From the NCBI GenBank assembly GCA_951406725.2, contig OX597818.1:32736001-32800000 (forward strand): a stretch of 64,000 bases of DNA. Reading direction: 5' to 3'. Under the pieces are notes generated by a model. That model searched no databases. It saw only the letters and a program-made list of their open reading frames with translations, and had not been told where the DNA came from. Made by a program: the position numbers and the translations under genes. The stretch comes from Octopus vulgaris. Lineage: Eukaryota. Of the stretch, positions 12,143 to 25,354 are shown in pieces (positions within the stretch are counted from its first letter, which is position 1; every line of letters starts with the position of its first letter).

Positions 12143-12450
12143 GTCAAAATTAAAAGAAGAGTGCCATTGTTATCTAGTGAACGATATTTCGACATTCTTG
12201 TGTGTCTTCAACTGGTTCAAAAAATATATTTGTCAATGTTCTTCATTTTGATATATAAAGGATTGAGGTAAATCCTCTTGAAGATATAGAGTCAAAATTA
12301 AAAGAAGAGTACCATTGTTATTTAGTGAACGATATTTCGACATCTTGTATGTCTTCAACTGGTTCAAAAAATAATTCTGTCAATCTACTTTATTTTGGTT
12401 AATATAGAAAGGATTGAGGTAAATCCTCCTGAAGATATACAGTCAAAATT
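12143..12450 (-). mobile_element. Two tandem ~150-bp units, each with a hammerhead-like motif (retrozyme-like), within (ATT)n
   Basis: GTCAAAATTA unit starts at 12143, 12291 and 12442; minus-strand UGAAC CAGUUGAA GACA..UGUC GAAA UAUC GUUCA at 12178-12219 and 12326-12366. Confidence 0.6.
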
Positions 12451-12497
12451 ATTATTATTATTATTATTATTATTATGATTGATGTTGTTGTTGTTGT

Positions 12498-13470
12498 TAA
12501 GACAGCGAGCTGGAAGAATCGTTAATACGCTGGACGAAATGCTTAGCGGTATTTCGTTTGCCGCTACGTTCTGAGTTCAAATTCACCCGAGGTCGACTTT
12601 GCCTTTCATCCTTTCGGGGTCGATTAAATAAGTACCAGTTACGCACTGGGGTCGATGTAATCGACTTAATCCGTTTGTCTGTCCTTGTTTGTCCCCTCTA
12701 TGTTTAACTTCTTGTAGGTAGTAAAGAAATAGGTGTTTCGCCCGTCGCTGCGATCTGAGTTCAATTTCCGCCGAAGTCGACTTTGCCTTTCATCCTTTCG
12801 GGGTCGATTAAATAAGTACCAGTTACGCACTGGGGTCGATATAATCGATATAATCCGTTTGTGTGTCCTTGTTTGTCCTCTTTGTGTTTAGCTCCCTTTG
12901 GGTAGTAAAGAAATAGAAATAAGTATTTCGCCCGTCACTGCGATCTGAGTTCAAGTTCCGCCGAGGTCGACTTTGCCTTTCATCCTTTCGGGGTCGATTA
13001 AATAAGTACCAGTTACGCACTGGGGTCGATATAATCGACATAATCCGTTTGTGTGTCCTTGTTTGTCCCCTCTCGGTGTTTAGCTCCCTTTGGGTAGTAA
13101 AGAAATAGAAAGAAGTATTTCGCCCGTCACTGCGATCTGAGTTCAAGTTCCGCCGAGGTCGACTTTGCCTTTTCATCCTTTCGGGGTCGATTAAATAAGT
13201 ACCAGTTACGCACTGGGGTCGATATAATCGACATAATCCGTTTGTGTGTCCTTGTTTGTCCTCTCGGTGTTTAGCTCCCTTTGGGTAGTAAAGAAATAGA
13301 AAGAAGTATTTCGCCCGTCACTGCGATCTGAGTTCAAGTTCCGCCGAGGTCGACTTTGCTTTTCATCCTTTCGGATTCGATAAATTAAGTACCAGTTGAA
13401 TACTGGGGTCGATGTGATCGACTAGTCCCTTCCCCCGAAATTTCAGGCCTTGTGCCTATGGTGGAAAGAA
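12498..13470 (+). mobile_element. Head-to-tail multimer (five units, ~190 bp) of SINE family B
   Basis: One full head, then repeated units restarting at GTATTTCGCCCGTC; the last unit has a different tail. Confidence 0.9.
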
Positions 13471-13485
13471 CGACCATTATTATAC

Positions 13486-13790
13486 TGAGGACACATGGGC
13501 AAGTGGTTATTGTGCTGCACTGACGATCGCGACATCGTGGTTTCAATTCCTAGACCAGGAGAGGTGCATTGTGTTCTTGAGCAAAACACTTCATCTCACG
13601 CTGTTCTGCGATCATTTCGACACCTGACGCGACGCGTCGTACACCGTGTACCTGATCAGGTAATATCGGTTTGATGCTGGAACGGAGCTAACGCAGGGCA
13701 CTATAAACAAATCATTTGTGAAGGTCGTTCAGTAAACACACACACAAAACTGAATACTCACACGTTCGTTGTCTTCGACGGGAGAGTTTG
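13486..13790 (+). mobile_element. Older tRNA-derived SINE related to the family C/D heads
   Basis: AGTGGTTA...GGTTTCAATTCC...TTGTGTTCTTGAGCAAAACACTTCAT shared with family D. Confidence 0.65.
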
Positions 13791-14099
13791 GGTGGCCAAA
13801 CTTTGGTCAGCGAATGAAAAATGAATTTCATACAGTCATCCGAACGACTAGATGTCTACAACAAAGGCGGAGCCATAAATAGACAATCGAAATAAAGAAA
13901 AAAAAAATAACAACTAAAAAAAAAGGACAATAAAAGGCAAACAACTATACATAAACAGCAACACAGACAAATAAAACTAACAAAAACAAAAGTGTTAATA
14001 ACCAAAACAATAGTGATGATGATGATGATGATGATGATAACATTAGTCGGTAATGCAAAACAATAAAAATAATAATACATGCAGAGAGGCCGAGACAGA

Positions 14100-14402
<303 letters not shown>

Positions 14403-14946
14403 TGTATGTATGGATTACATGTATATGCATATATGAATGATATTATCAATAATATTAACAAGTAAAAAATGGGTTACGTCATTGCGAAATATCTTCTGGT
14501 GTATTTACATGTATAAATATTTATTTCTTTTCTGTCCCGCTAAAGTGTAATGGAAAGGAGGCGAGACAGAGGTAGAAGAGAAGACGAGCGGAGTCATCGG
14601 GGCATGTGGAGGCGAAAGTCATAGTTGTGGTAGTGGGGTGGGTGGGTGGGGGTAGTGAAGAGTGACAGGAGTGGGCTAGAAAGAAAGAGGTGCAGAAGGA
14701 GTGTAGAGGAGACGATGGGGAGGGGTGGTGGTGGTGGTGGTGAAGAGAAGGTCTCAGTCACATATGCAAGTATATTGACGCACCCAGGGAAAAATAAGAA
14801 AGCAAAAAAAAAAAAAAAAAATTTACACAGATGCAGACATATGCGTGTGTATATTGGATAAATATTTGTGGGATGGGAAATATTTGAAAAACAACTAAAA
14901 AGAAACGAATTTAACTAAAGCAAAACTACGACAAACAATACGTGTG

Positions 14947-14987
<41 letters not shown>

Positions 14988-15033
14988 AGATGAATAATAA
15001 ACACACATATATATACAAACATATATGTATATA

Positions 15034-15077
<44 letters not shown>

Positions 15078-15127
15078 CGGATGGATGGAGGGATAGACAG
15101 ACAGACAGACAGAAAGATAGATAGATA

Positions 15128-15280
15128 AGTTTCTTTATTGGCCACACAGGGCTGCACACAGATGGGACAAGTTACAAGGTAGAGCTTTTCTTTTGGGGGA
15201 TGAAAAAAAGGGGGTGGCGTAGGTTTTCGATCAAGAGGGATCGTAAAAGGGAAGAAAAGAACAAAAAAAAGAAAAAAGAA

Positions 15281-15283
<3 letters not shown>
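15128..15283 (-). mobile_element. 3' end of a non-LTR retrotransposon (L1/Tx1-like 3'UTR) inside (GATA)n
   Basis: Minus strand ends ...TTGTCCCATCTGTGTGCAGCCCTGTGTGGCCAATAAAGAAA; T-rich 3'UTR; clade assignment tentative. Confidence 0.5.
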
Positions 15284-15348
<65 letters not shown>

Positions 15349-15362
15349 GATAGATAGATAGC

Positions 15363-15597
15363 GAAGGCGGCGAGCTAGCAGAAACGTTAGCACGCCGGGC
15401 GAAATGCGTTGCCGTATTTCGTCTGCCGTTACGTTCTGAGTTCAAATTACGCCGAGGTCGGCTTTGCCTTTCATCCTTTCGGGGTCGATTAAATAAGTAC
15501 CAGTTACGCACCAGTGCGATGTAATCGACTTAATCCGTTTGTCTGTACTTGTTTGTCCTCTCTGTGTTTAGCCCTTTGTGGATAGTAAAGAAATAGA
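15363..15597 (+). mobile_element. SINE family B
   Basis: Full-length match. Confidence 0.9.
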
Positions 15598-15649
15598 TGG
15601 ATAGATAGACAGACAGACAGCCAGATAGATAGATAAATAAATAGATAGG

Positions 15650-15851
15650 TTATATAGTTCTATATTTAAGAGATGAGGAAATTACGTGCATTATTTACAT
15701 TAGACTGATATTTGTCCTCATCTTGTTTGTTGTTAACAACGTTTCGGCTGGTATATCCTCCAGCCTTCATCGGGTGTCTTGGGAAAATCTCGAACCTGGG
15801 TTCTCATTCCTAAGGTATTTTTTGATGTTTTTATTGTTGTTGTTGTTGTTG

Positions 15852-15918
<67 letters not shown>

Positions 15919-15962
15919 CATCATCATCTTTATCATCATCATCATCATCTTCATTATTAATA

Positions 15963-16030
<68 letters not shown>

Positions 16031-16360
16031 GTTATTATTATTATTATTATTATTATTCAGGTCACTGCCTGGAATCGAACTCGGAAGATTGGGGTTAGCA
16101 GCGTGCGCTCTTAACTACCCACCATATGCCCGTGGTTAAGAGCGCGGGCTACTAACCCCAAGATTCCAAGTTCGAATAATAATAATAATAATAATGATAA
16201 TAATAATAACATCAAAAAATACCTTAGGAATGAGAACCCAGGTTCGAAATTTCCCCAAGATACTTGATGAAGGTTGGAGGATATAGCCGCCGAAACGTTG
16301 TTAACAACAAACAAGATGAGGACAAATATCAGTCAAATGTAAATAATGTAAATAATGTAA
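15650..16360. mobile_element. Head-to-head palindromic pair of a tRNA-headed SINE with (ATT)n body and hammerhead-like 3' region
   Basis: Outer arms ~15690-15830 / 16208-16347; inner inverted tRNA-like heads at 16056-16131 (-) and 16132-16175 (+); hammerhead-like motifs at 15735-15778 (-) and 16259-16302 (+). Confidence 0.8.
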
Positions 16361-16394
16361 ATAGTGAGATAAACAGATAGATAGATAAACAGAC

Positions 16395-16464
<70 letters not shown>

Positions 16465-17012
16465 ATAGATAAATAGATAGATGATTCCTTTTTCTCTTGT
16501 TTCAATCTTTGGACTGCGGCAACGATGGGACCCGGTTTGTAAGAGGTTCGGTCGTACAAATCGATCCCAGTGCTTATTTACTTTGCAGCCTGGTACATGT
16601 ACTATCGGTCGTCTTTTGCCTAACTGCTAGCTTACGGGAAGGTAGACAAAGCTGCACCGGTTATCAAGTGGTTGTAGGGGTCAAACGCAAACACAAAAAT
16701 TCACATACACCGATATATATATTCAACGGTCACTTTTACTATTACAACCAATGATTCTCATCAACTCACAAGACAGCCTATGCTCCCCCACACAAAACCC
16801 CACCACGTGGACTCTGTTTAGACTAGTAAGAAACAATTATGAACTTTTTTATTACACTTAACTTTTAAAAATATATATTTTTGATAAGGTTAGTTTTTTC
16901 AAGAACAGAAACATGTAAAATCTCTCAGAAAATTAAAATTTATCATATATTGTGGCGTTTTCAAACTTCTTTTTTACAAATATATATCCACTCGTATGCT
17001 ACCTACACTATG

Positions 17013-17056
<44 letters not shown>

Positions 17057-17059
<3 letters not shown>

Positions 17060-17520
17060 GTGTAGCTGTGTGGTAAGAAGATTGCTCCCCAACCACATAG
17101 TTTCGGGTTCAGTCCCACTGTGTGGTACCTTGGGTAAGTGTCTTCTACAATAGCCTCGGGCCGACCATAGCCTTGTGAGTCGATTTGGTAGACAGAAACT
17201 GAAAGAAACCCATCGTACATACATATGTGAGTCTGTATTGTGTGTGTATGTCTGCATTGTGTGTGTGTGTCTGTGTTGTGTGTGTGTGTGTGCGTCTGCA
17301 TTGTGTGTGTCTGTGTTGTGTGTGTGCGTGTGTGTGTGTGTGTAATCACTGCTTGGCAACCGGCGTTGGTGTGTTTACATCCCCGTAACCTTGCGGTTCG
17401 GCAAAACAGACGGATAGAATAAGTCCCGGGTTCGATTTGTTCGACTAAAATCCTTCAATGTGGTGCTCCAGCATAGCCGAAGTTAAATGCCTGAAACAAA
17501 TGAAAGAATAAAATAATAAA
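17057..17520 (+). mobile_element. SINE family A, diverged, with expanded TG tract
   Basis: Family match. Confidence 0.85.
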
Positions 17521-17714
17521 CATACATGCACATATGAGAGGTTTCTTCACCTTCTATTTAACAAATCCATTCATGGGTGGCTAAAGGTGATTGTAGAACA
17601 CACTTGCCCAAGGTGTCACTCTGAGAAACAAAATCTTAAACTACGGGGTTACGAAGTAAACTTCTTAACTATACAGCTACGCCTCGTAACACCTTGGGCA
17701 AGTGTGTACTACCA

Positions 17715-18090
17715 TCACCATATTCTGAGCGCCTTGTTTCCCTGGGCATGGATTCACTGAAGCTCCGGCGTCTGGCGACGGACTTGGTAAACACCCACAA
17801 AGTTATCAACCACCTCACCAACAACAACACTGAACACCTTTTTGATCTCCATGTGTCTAACACACGTGGACATGCCTACAAAGTCAGAAAACAACACAGC
17901 TCCCATGACTTTCGGAAACATTTTTTCACGCTCAGAGTTGCTGAAGCATGGAATAAACTGACTGCGTCAGTTGTTGACTGCCATGACACTGCATCCTTTA
18001 AGGCCCTCATGCTTTCCGAAATCCGCCGAAACTACACCTGATTATATATACACTTTAGATGAGTTGTAGTGCACCTGAGCACTGTACACA
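17715..18090 (+). mobile_element. 3' end of a CR1-group LINE ORF2 with (ATT)n tail
   Basis: YSERLVSLGMDSLKLRR...NTRGHAYKV...RKHFFTLRVAEAWNKL, typical of the CR1-group RT C-terminus; followed by (ATT)n. Confidence 0.85.
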
Positions 18091-18164
<74 letters not shown>

Positions 18165-18244
18165 CACCTTTGGTAAACCATGAGTGGATTTGGTAAATGG
18201 GAAGTGAAAGAAACCTGTCATATGTATATTAATGATAGGAAATC

Positions 18245-18453
18245 TTGGAGAGTGTTTTGTGGACGGATGAGTTGCTCAAAGGGGTACGGAACCAGCATGA
18301 TGCGGCGCGGGTAAACAAGGATGTGCTGTCGGGCCCCGCTGCCGAGGACGAGGTTCGTCTGTTTGAGCTGGGAAATGAATGGAATGCCTGGTGTGTGTTT
18401 TGTTGTGGCTACCCCCACCCTATGGGGAATTTAGGCTTTGGTAAATAAAAAAT
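18245..18453 (+). mobile_element. Probable 3' end of a non-LTR element (L1/Tx1-like)
   Basis: GC-rich island ending GGTAAATAAAAAA and running into TA/TG repeats; only weak peptide similarity. Confidence 0.35.
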
Positions 18454-18893
18454 ATATATATGTGTGTGTATTGTGTATGTGTGTGTGTGTGTGTGTGCGT
18501 GCAAGCGTGTGTATATGGGTGTGAGTATTACGTCTTAGTTTATTATGGCGTAAGAAAAATTTCAAAACTTTTTCCTTCTCACAGTTGTAGTGTCTTCGAG
18601 GAAACCATTCTGCGTTCAAGAAATACGCACTCACACGATTGTGCGCGCGCGCACAGGGAATTGTACTTGTTTGGGAAATGTTTTGGTGTGTCATACAGCA
18701 GAATAGTGTCAACGTTTATATTATACATGTAGAATGGAATATTTTGGTACATTATAGTATATATTACAAAACAATTATAGTATATGTTGCAAAATAAACA
18801 AAAGGAATATGACGATACAGATGTGTTTTAAATATCTTCAATGAAAGTAAAGCGATGCAATTATATATATATATACATACATACATACATACA

Positions 18894-18955
<62 letters not shown>

Positions 18956-19072
18956 GGGAGAGAGAGATGGACAGATATATACATACATAGGCTTTCATCG
19001 TTTTGTTTTCATTGAAAATATTTAAATTACGTCTTTTATAATTATAGATAAATCTACTTATCTATCTGTCTG

Positions 19073-19128
<56 letters not shown>

Positions 19129-19147
19129 GCTCTCTCTCTCTCACTCA

Positions 19148-19239
<92 letters not shown>

Positions 19240-19241
<2 letters not shown>

Positions 19242-19485
19242 GGCGGCGAGCTGGCAGAGGCGGCGAGCAGGCAGAAACGTTAGCGCGCCAGGCGAAATGC
19301 TTAGCGGTATTTCGTCTGTCGTTACGTTGTGAGTTCAAATTCCGCCGAGGTCGACTTTGCCTTTCATCCTTTCGGGGTCGATAAATTAAGTACCAGTTAC
19401 CCACTGGGGTCGATGTAATCGACTTTATCCCTTTGTTTGTCCTTGTTTGTCCCCTCTATGTTTAGCCCCTTGTGGGTAGTAAAGA
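19240..19485 (+). mobile_element. SINE family B with duplicated 5' head
   Basis: GGCGGCGAGC(T/A)GGCAGA occurs twice, then the family body. Confidence 0.9.
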
Positions 19486-19573
19486 CATATATATATACCT
19501 ATATATATACATATATATATAGATATATATATATATATAGGTGTAATAAATAAATAAACATATGTGTGTGTGT

Positions 19574-19800
19574 CGAGGCGCGTGGCTTAGTGGTTAGGGT
19601 GTCAGCACCATGATCGTAAGATTGTGGTTTCGATTCCCGGACTGGGCGACGCGTTGTGGTCTTCAGCAAAACACTTCATTTCACGTTGCTCCAGTCCACT
19701 CAGGTGCGATGGACTGGCATCCCGTCCACCTGGGGAACACATGCGCCATAGAAACCGGGAAACTGGGCCAATGAGCCTAGCTAGGCTTCAAAAGGGCGCG
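19574..19800 (+). mobile_element. SINE family D (tRNA head, V-domain-like GCGATGGACTGGCRTCCCGTCC)
   Basis: Matches the 22911 and 28578 copies. Confidence 0.85.
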
Positions 19801-19936
19801 AAGATATATATATATATATAGATATATATACGTTAATAGCCCAGGCAGAATGCTTAGCGGCATTTCGTCGGCTTTTACGTCCTGAATAAAAATTCCGTCG
19901 CGATCGACTATCCCATGCATTGTTACAGTGCCGAGG

Positions 19937-20036
<100 letters not shown>

Positions 20037-20659
20037 TATATCTATCTGTCTATCTATACACACACGCGTTTATATATGTATATATACATGCGTGCGTATG
20101 TATGTGTGTGCGTGCGTCTAAGAGAGAGGGGAGGGAGAGAGTAAAAAGGGTACTTAACACAAACCAATCTCAAGACATGGCAATGAAGAAACGTAATAGG
20201 AAAGTCGAAAGAGGAACTTCTATATATAAAGAAAGCCTTCAGTCACCCATCTAATAGTAAGTAATACAAGTAAAAGTATATCTAATATGCTCTGAGATAG
20301 GGCCAGCTGCTAATTATTATAAGGATGTCTTGAGAAGAAGCAACTTTAAAAGGAGGATTAAATTCTTACCGAAAATCAGGCAGTAGTGAGCAGCGCAAGC
20401 AAACGAATCTTCAACTTGTGCCACCCGCTGTTCAGTCAAAATGTAATATCAAATATACCTTGAAATTACTTAGCGTTAATCGAGAAATGTTTTACAGTCA
20501 ACATTAAATAGCTTTAGTTCTTCGATGAAAATAACGTCAAAGCTAGCAACGTTTGCACAACTGATGCTTATAACGTCCGTTAAAATAAACACACGCGTAC
20601 ATATAGACATATATAAATTTATATTATATTATATTATATTTTACTATACTATATTATAT

Positions 20660-20891
20660 ATTTCTTTACTACCCACAAGGGGCTAAACATAGAGGGGACA
20701 AACAAGGACAGACAAAGGGATTATGTCGATTACATCGACCCCAGTGCGTAACTGGTACTTAATTTATCGATCCCGAAAGGATGAAAGGCAAAGTCGACCT
20801 CGGCGGAATTTGAACCCAGAATACTTAACGGCAGACGAAATACAGCTACGCATTTCGCCCGGCGTGCTAACGTTTCTACCAGCTCGCCGCC
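20660..20891 (-). mobile_element. SINE family B
   Basis: Family match. Confidence 0.9.
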
Positions 20892-20928
20892 CTAACCTAT
20901 AGTAATTATACTATATTATATTATATTT

Positions 20929-20979
<51 letters not shown>

Positions 20980-21293
20980 TGCATGGTTGTCTATAACAAT
21001 CGATGAATGTTTCGCCCGGGAAGTCGAAGAAAGGAAAGTCCATTCGCTTTTGGAAATGTGTGTGTGTGAGTGTACGTTTATGCGTGTTTATGTGTGTGCA
21101 TGAGTGTGTGTGCGCGCACATGCGCGTGTGTGTATGTGTATAAAGTCAGATACACACACACACACACGTACACATACGCATACACGCTCAATTAGACACA
21201 CATGCACGTATACACACATCTTACTGACAGGTATAAATCACAATAACCTCAGACCCAGTGATGTGTTCTCTCCGTCAACTACTACTACTACTG

Positions 21294-21344
<51 letters not shown>

Positions 21345-21359
21345 TTATTATTATTATTG

Positions 21360-22175
21360 CCTTTGCATAGCTTCTAACGCTGGAGATGTACTAGAGTGTC
21401 AGCTGTTCACTACCAGTGAACTACGTTAACAACTCTTATTTTTCGAGCACCTTCCTGAGTATTCGAGCGGTTCCAAGCAGTGCTGTTTTCTGCAAGTGCT
21501 TCACCCTTATTACAGCCTCTATTTGTTCCACGTACTGCTCGAGATTTTTGTTCACTGTTCCCAGGGCTCCGACAATTATTGGTACAACTGCTACCTTTTT
21601 TCATCGACCACAGCTGCTTAACTTTCCATCCCAATCTAACCTGTCATATCTCGACTTTTCTTTCTTCCTCATCGCAAACCTTGTTGTCAACTGGGCATGC
21701 TATATCCATGATCCAGCATAGTTTGTTTTCTTTCTTAATTAAGTCTATGTCCGACTTCCTGTTCTCTATCTCATGGTCGCACGGAATCATAAAATCCCGT
21801 TGGACTTTTGCATTTCTATTTTCGTCGATGCCTTCTGGCTTGTGGTCGTTCCAATTTTTATCTCTGTCAAGTCCATACTTGTTGCAAAAGGTCTAATGAA
21901 CAAGCCTGGCTATATTGTCGAGGCATCTCTTATATTCCTTCTGGGCTAGTAGCGTACATTGGCTGGTAATATGCCATACGGTTTCACCGTTCTGTCCACA
22001 GATTCTGCTCTTATCACTTTCTGCTGTGTTGGCTATTCTGTATTTTACGTAGTTTATTCTTAGCGCTTTTCGTGGGCAGCACAGATTAGAGCCTCCGTTT
22101 CCGGTTTTAAATCGCTTTTAGTCATCTACAGACATCTTTTTCTCTCTCTGTCTTATCTTCAACATCCCTATGATC
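21360..22175 (-). pseudogene. Dong/R4-clade RLE non-LTR retrotransposon 3' fragment (CCHC knuckle + restriction-like endonuclease)
   Basis: Minus-strand translation RICGQNGETVWHITSQC...KEYKR.LDNIARLVH...DIACPVD...VVPIIVGALGTV...LGTARILRKVLE; 3' end runs into (TAA)n/(TAG)n. Confidence 0.85.
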
Positions 22176-22910
22176 GTGCAACCATATAAATATATAAATG
22201 CAAACACACACACGCACACACACGGTGGATATCTTTCAGTTTCTATCTACGAAATTCGCTCACAAGGCATTAGTCAGCTCGAGGCTATAGTAGAAGACAC
22301 TGCCCAAGCTGCCGCGATTTGAGACTGAACTCAACACCAAACAGTCGGGAAGGAAGCTTCTCAACAGCACAACAATGCACCTAATACATTATATTATATC
22401 ACATTATATTCGCCTTATTTTGTTAAAAGACGGAGACAAAAATCGACGACGCCATTATTTGAACATAAAGGGAGATTACTTAATGTAATTTCAAACAAGT
22501 GATATAATATTTCACGCCTCTTCTAACGATTTTTCTTTCACGTGCAATTAATATGAGGTATAAAATAGGTACTATGGACACCAGCAAATGATTGGTACCT
22601 AATATTAAGACTCCAGATGGAGGAAAATAATGTTGACATTGAATACATTTGAATTAAAAGAACGTAACTAAGTAATCCAAGGCATTTTGGCCTTTGCTTT
22701 ATGTCCTTCTGCATTTACCACTGAAGAAGAGCGTATCTAGTCAACATGTTTGCTAGAAATAGCAGCTATATCTTGAGCATATCACTCCGTACTTTCTATA
22801 TCAACTTGGAAGAAAACATTGCTTAACGTTTTAAGTATACTGTTAAATGAAACAGACCAGATAGTCATAGCTGGAATGTCTTTGAATATAGGTCTGCTAG
22901 ATGAAGTCTA

Positions 22911-23169
22911 GTGGAGGCGCATGGCTTAGTGGTTAGGGTGTCAGCACCATGATCGTAAGATTGTGGTTTCGATTCATGGACCGGGAGACGCGTTGTGTTC
23001 TTGAGCAAAACACTTCATTTCACGTTGCACCAGTCCACTCAGCTGGCAAAAACGAGTAACGCTGCGATGGACTGGCGTCCAGTGCAGCTAGGGAACACAT
23101 ACGCCTTTGAAACCGGGAAGCCGGGCCCATGAGCCTGGCTGGGCTTTTAAAGGGCGCGTTTATTTATTT
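22911..23169 (+). mobile_element. SINE family D, full length
   Basis: A/B boxes TGGCTTAGTGG / GGTTTCGATTC; TSD TAGATGAAGTC at 22898-22908 and 23170-23180. Confidence 0.9.
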
Positions 23170-23766
23170 TAGATGAAGTCAAACTTAGTGTTAAATAACA
23201 CCACCACCACCAACAACAGTAACAAGAACAACAACAATAGTAACATAAATATGAAATAATTGGTATGAAAATATTATCCAACATTGTCGGAGTAACTGCA
23301 GGAACAACGGCGATGACAACGACTAGAACAAAAGAAAAATAACACAAAAGCAACATGAATAACATTAGCATATATTATTGCGAAATGGAATTTCTAAATA
23401 AGGGGGTTGAGAAAAAAGAAAAAAAAAACAAACAAACAAGAAGACCACAATGATTATGACGGCCGCCATCACCAACATCATCACTACTAAAAACAACAAT
23501 AAGAGGAATTGTGGAAAGGAAGAAAAAAAAAAGGCAAAAAAAAAAGCACCGCAGAAATATACAAGTAGGAAACATATCAATGTCAACTACAGCCGTAACT
23601 ACAACAGACGTGATGACGATGACGACTACTACTGAATAAAAATGAAAGAGACTGGGTTGTACAATATCAATGTCAACAACATTAGATGCTGCCACAGCAT
23701 CGTTGGCAACGACGGCACCAACAGCATCATCATATCATCAACAACAACAACAACAAAAACAACAAC

Positions 23767-23872
<106 letters not shown>

Positions 23873-23996
23873 GAATTACGTTTGCTTTAACTATTGTGGA
23901 AAATACGTCAACAACAGGAGCAAGAAATAATGAAGGAAGGAAGGAAGGATAAAAATGACAACAGCAAAAGCAACACGAATAAAGGCGACAGCAATG

Positions 23997-24038
<42 letters not shown>

Positions 24039-24567
24039 GCGACAACAGCCAACGAAAATAAATTTAACGAGGATAAAATAATAAACAAAAGCTAATACGA
24101 AACAGATCAACAAGATACAGAATTTATTGGAAAGAACGGCGGAACATACACAGGGAGATTAGACAAGAATCCAAGGAAACGTTGGAATAAAGTGCTGTAC
24201 ATCCCTTGTATGCTAAATGCCAAATTGCAGTAATTGTGCATTTACATGCATCTGCATTAGAAATGCAATGAATCTTATTCATAACACTTCGGTTGCACTT
24301 CTGTCTTTTTTCCTCTCTCTGCAGAATAAATAACATCTGTGTTATTATGAAGCATGATTCATCAAATAAGAGTTGGGTCTTTATTTTGTCTGGGTTGGGT
24401 CTTTTGCATTTTGTGTCGAGTTAACAGGGTTGCGAGAAAGTCGGATAAACTGCCGTACTATATACGTTCCAGCTCTTTATATTCTGAGTTCAAATCAGGC
24501 AGAGGTCAGCTCCTCTACGTTTTATTTTATTTTATTTTTTCCAGACCGTGATCGATAAAATATTTTA

Positions 24568-25035
<468 letters not shown>

Positions 25036-25164
25036 AACAAACACTGGAAACTGGATAAACTGCAATGACAGCGCAATCGGAAATTATGTTTTTTAACCAT
25101 CTCATTGCGCTGATTACACATTCTGCAATTTGGTGCTTGGATACATTTTCCTTATTTCATAATT

Positions 25165-25354
25165 GAATGGTTGTATACTGTCAATCTAACAAGAACGTGA
25201 CAGTAGGGGGTACACCACCGCTGTATAGCCCTAGGAAGCGTCGAACGCCTCCTATGGCTTTGACACATTTTTCCCTGTGTCCTTATATGTATATACATCG
25301 GTGGTGTACCCCCTACTGTCACGTTCTTGTTAGATTGACAGTATATAACCATTC
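25165..25354. mobile_element. MITE-like element with ~63-bp TIRs
   Basis: GAATGGTTGTATACTGTCAATCTAACAAGAACGTGACAGTAGGGGGTACACCACCG and its reverse complement ending at 25354; about 2 mismatches. Confidence 0.85.

Noticed and set aside
12425-12452. Second, opposite-polarity hammerhead in the 150-bp unit (CTGAAGA...GTCAAAATTA)
   Set aside because: Stems I and II cannot be closed convincingly, and GAAA is absent in these copies
9671-13470. CRISPR-like periodic arrays (also 53672-53924)
   Set aside because: The inter-repeat segments are homologous to each other, there are no cas genes, and the context is eukaryotic
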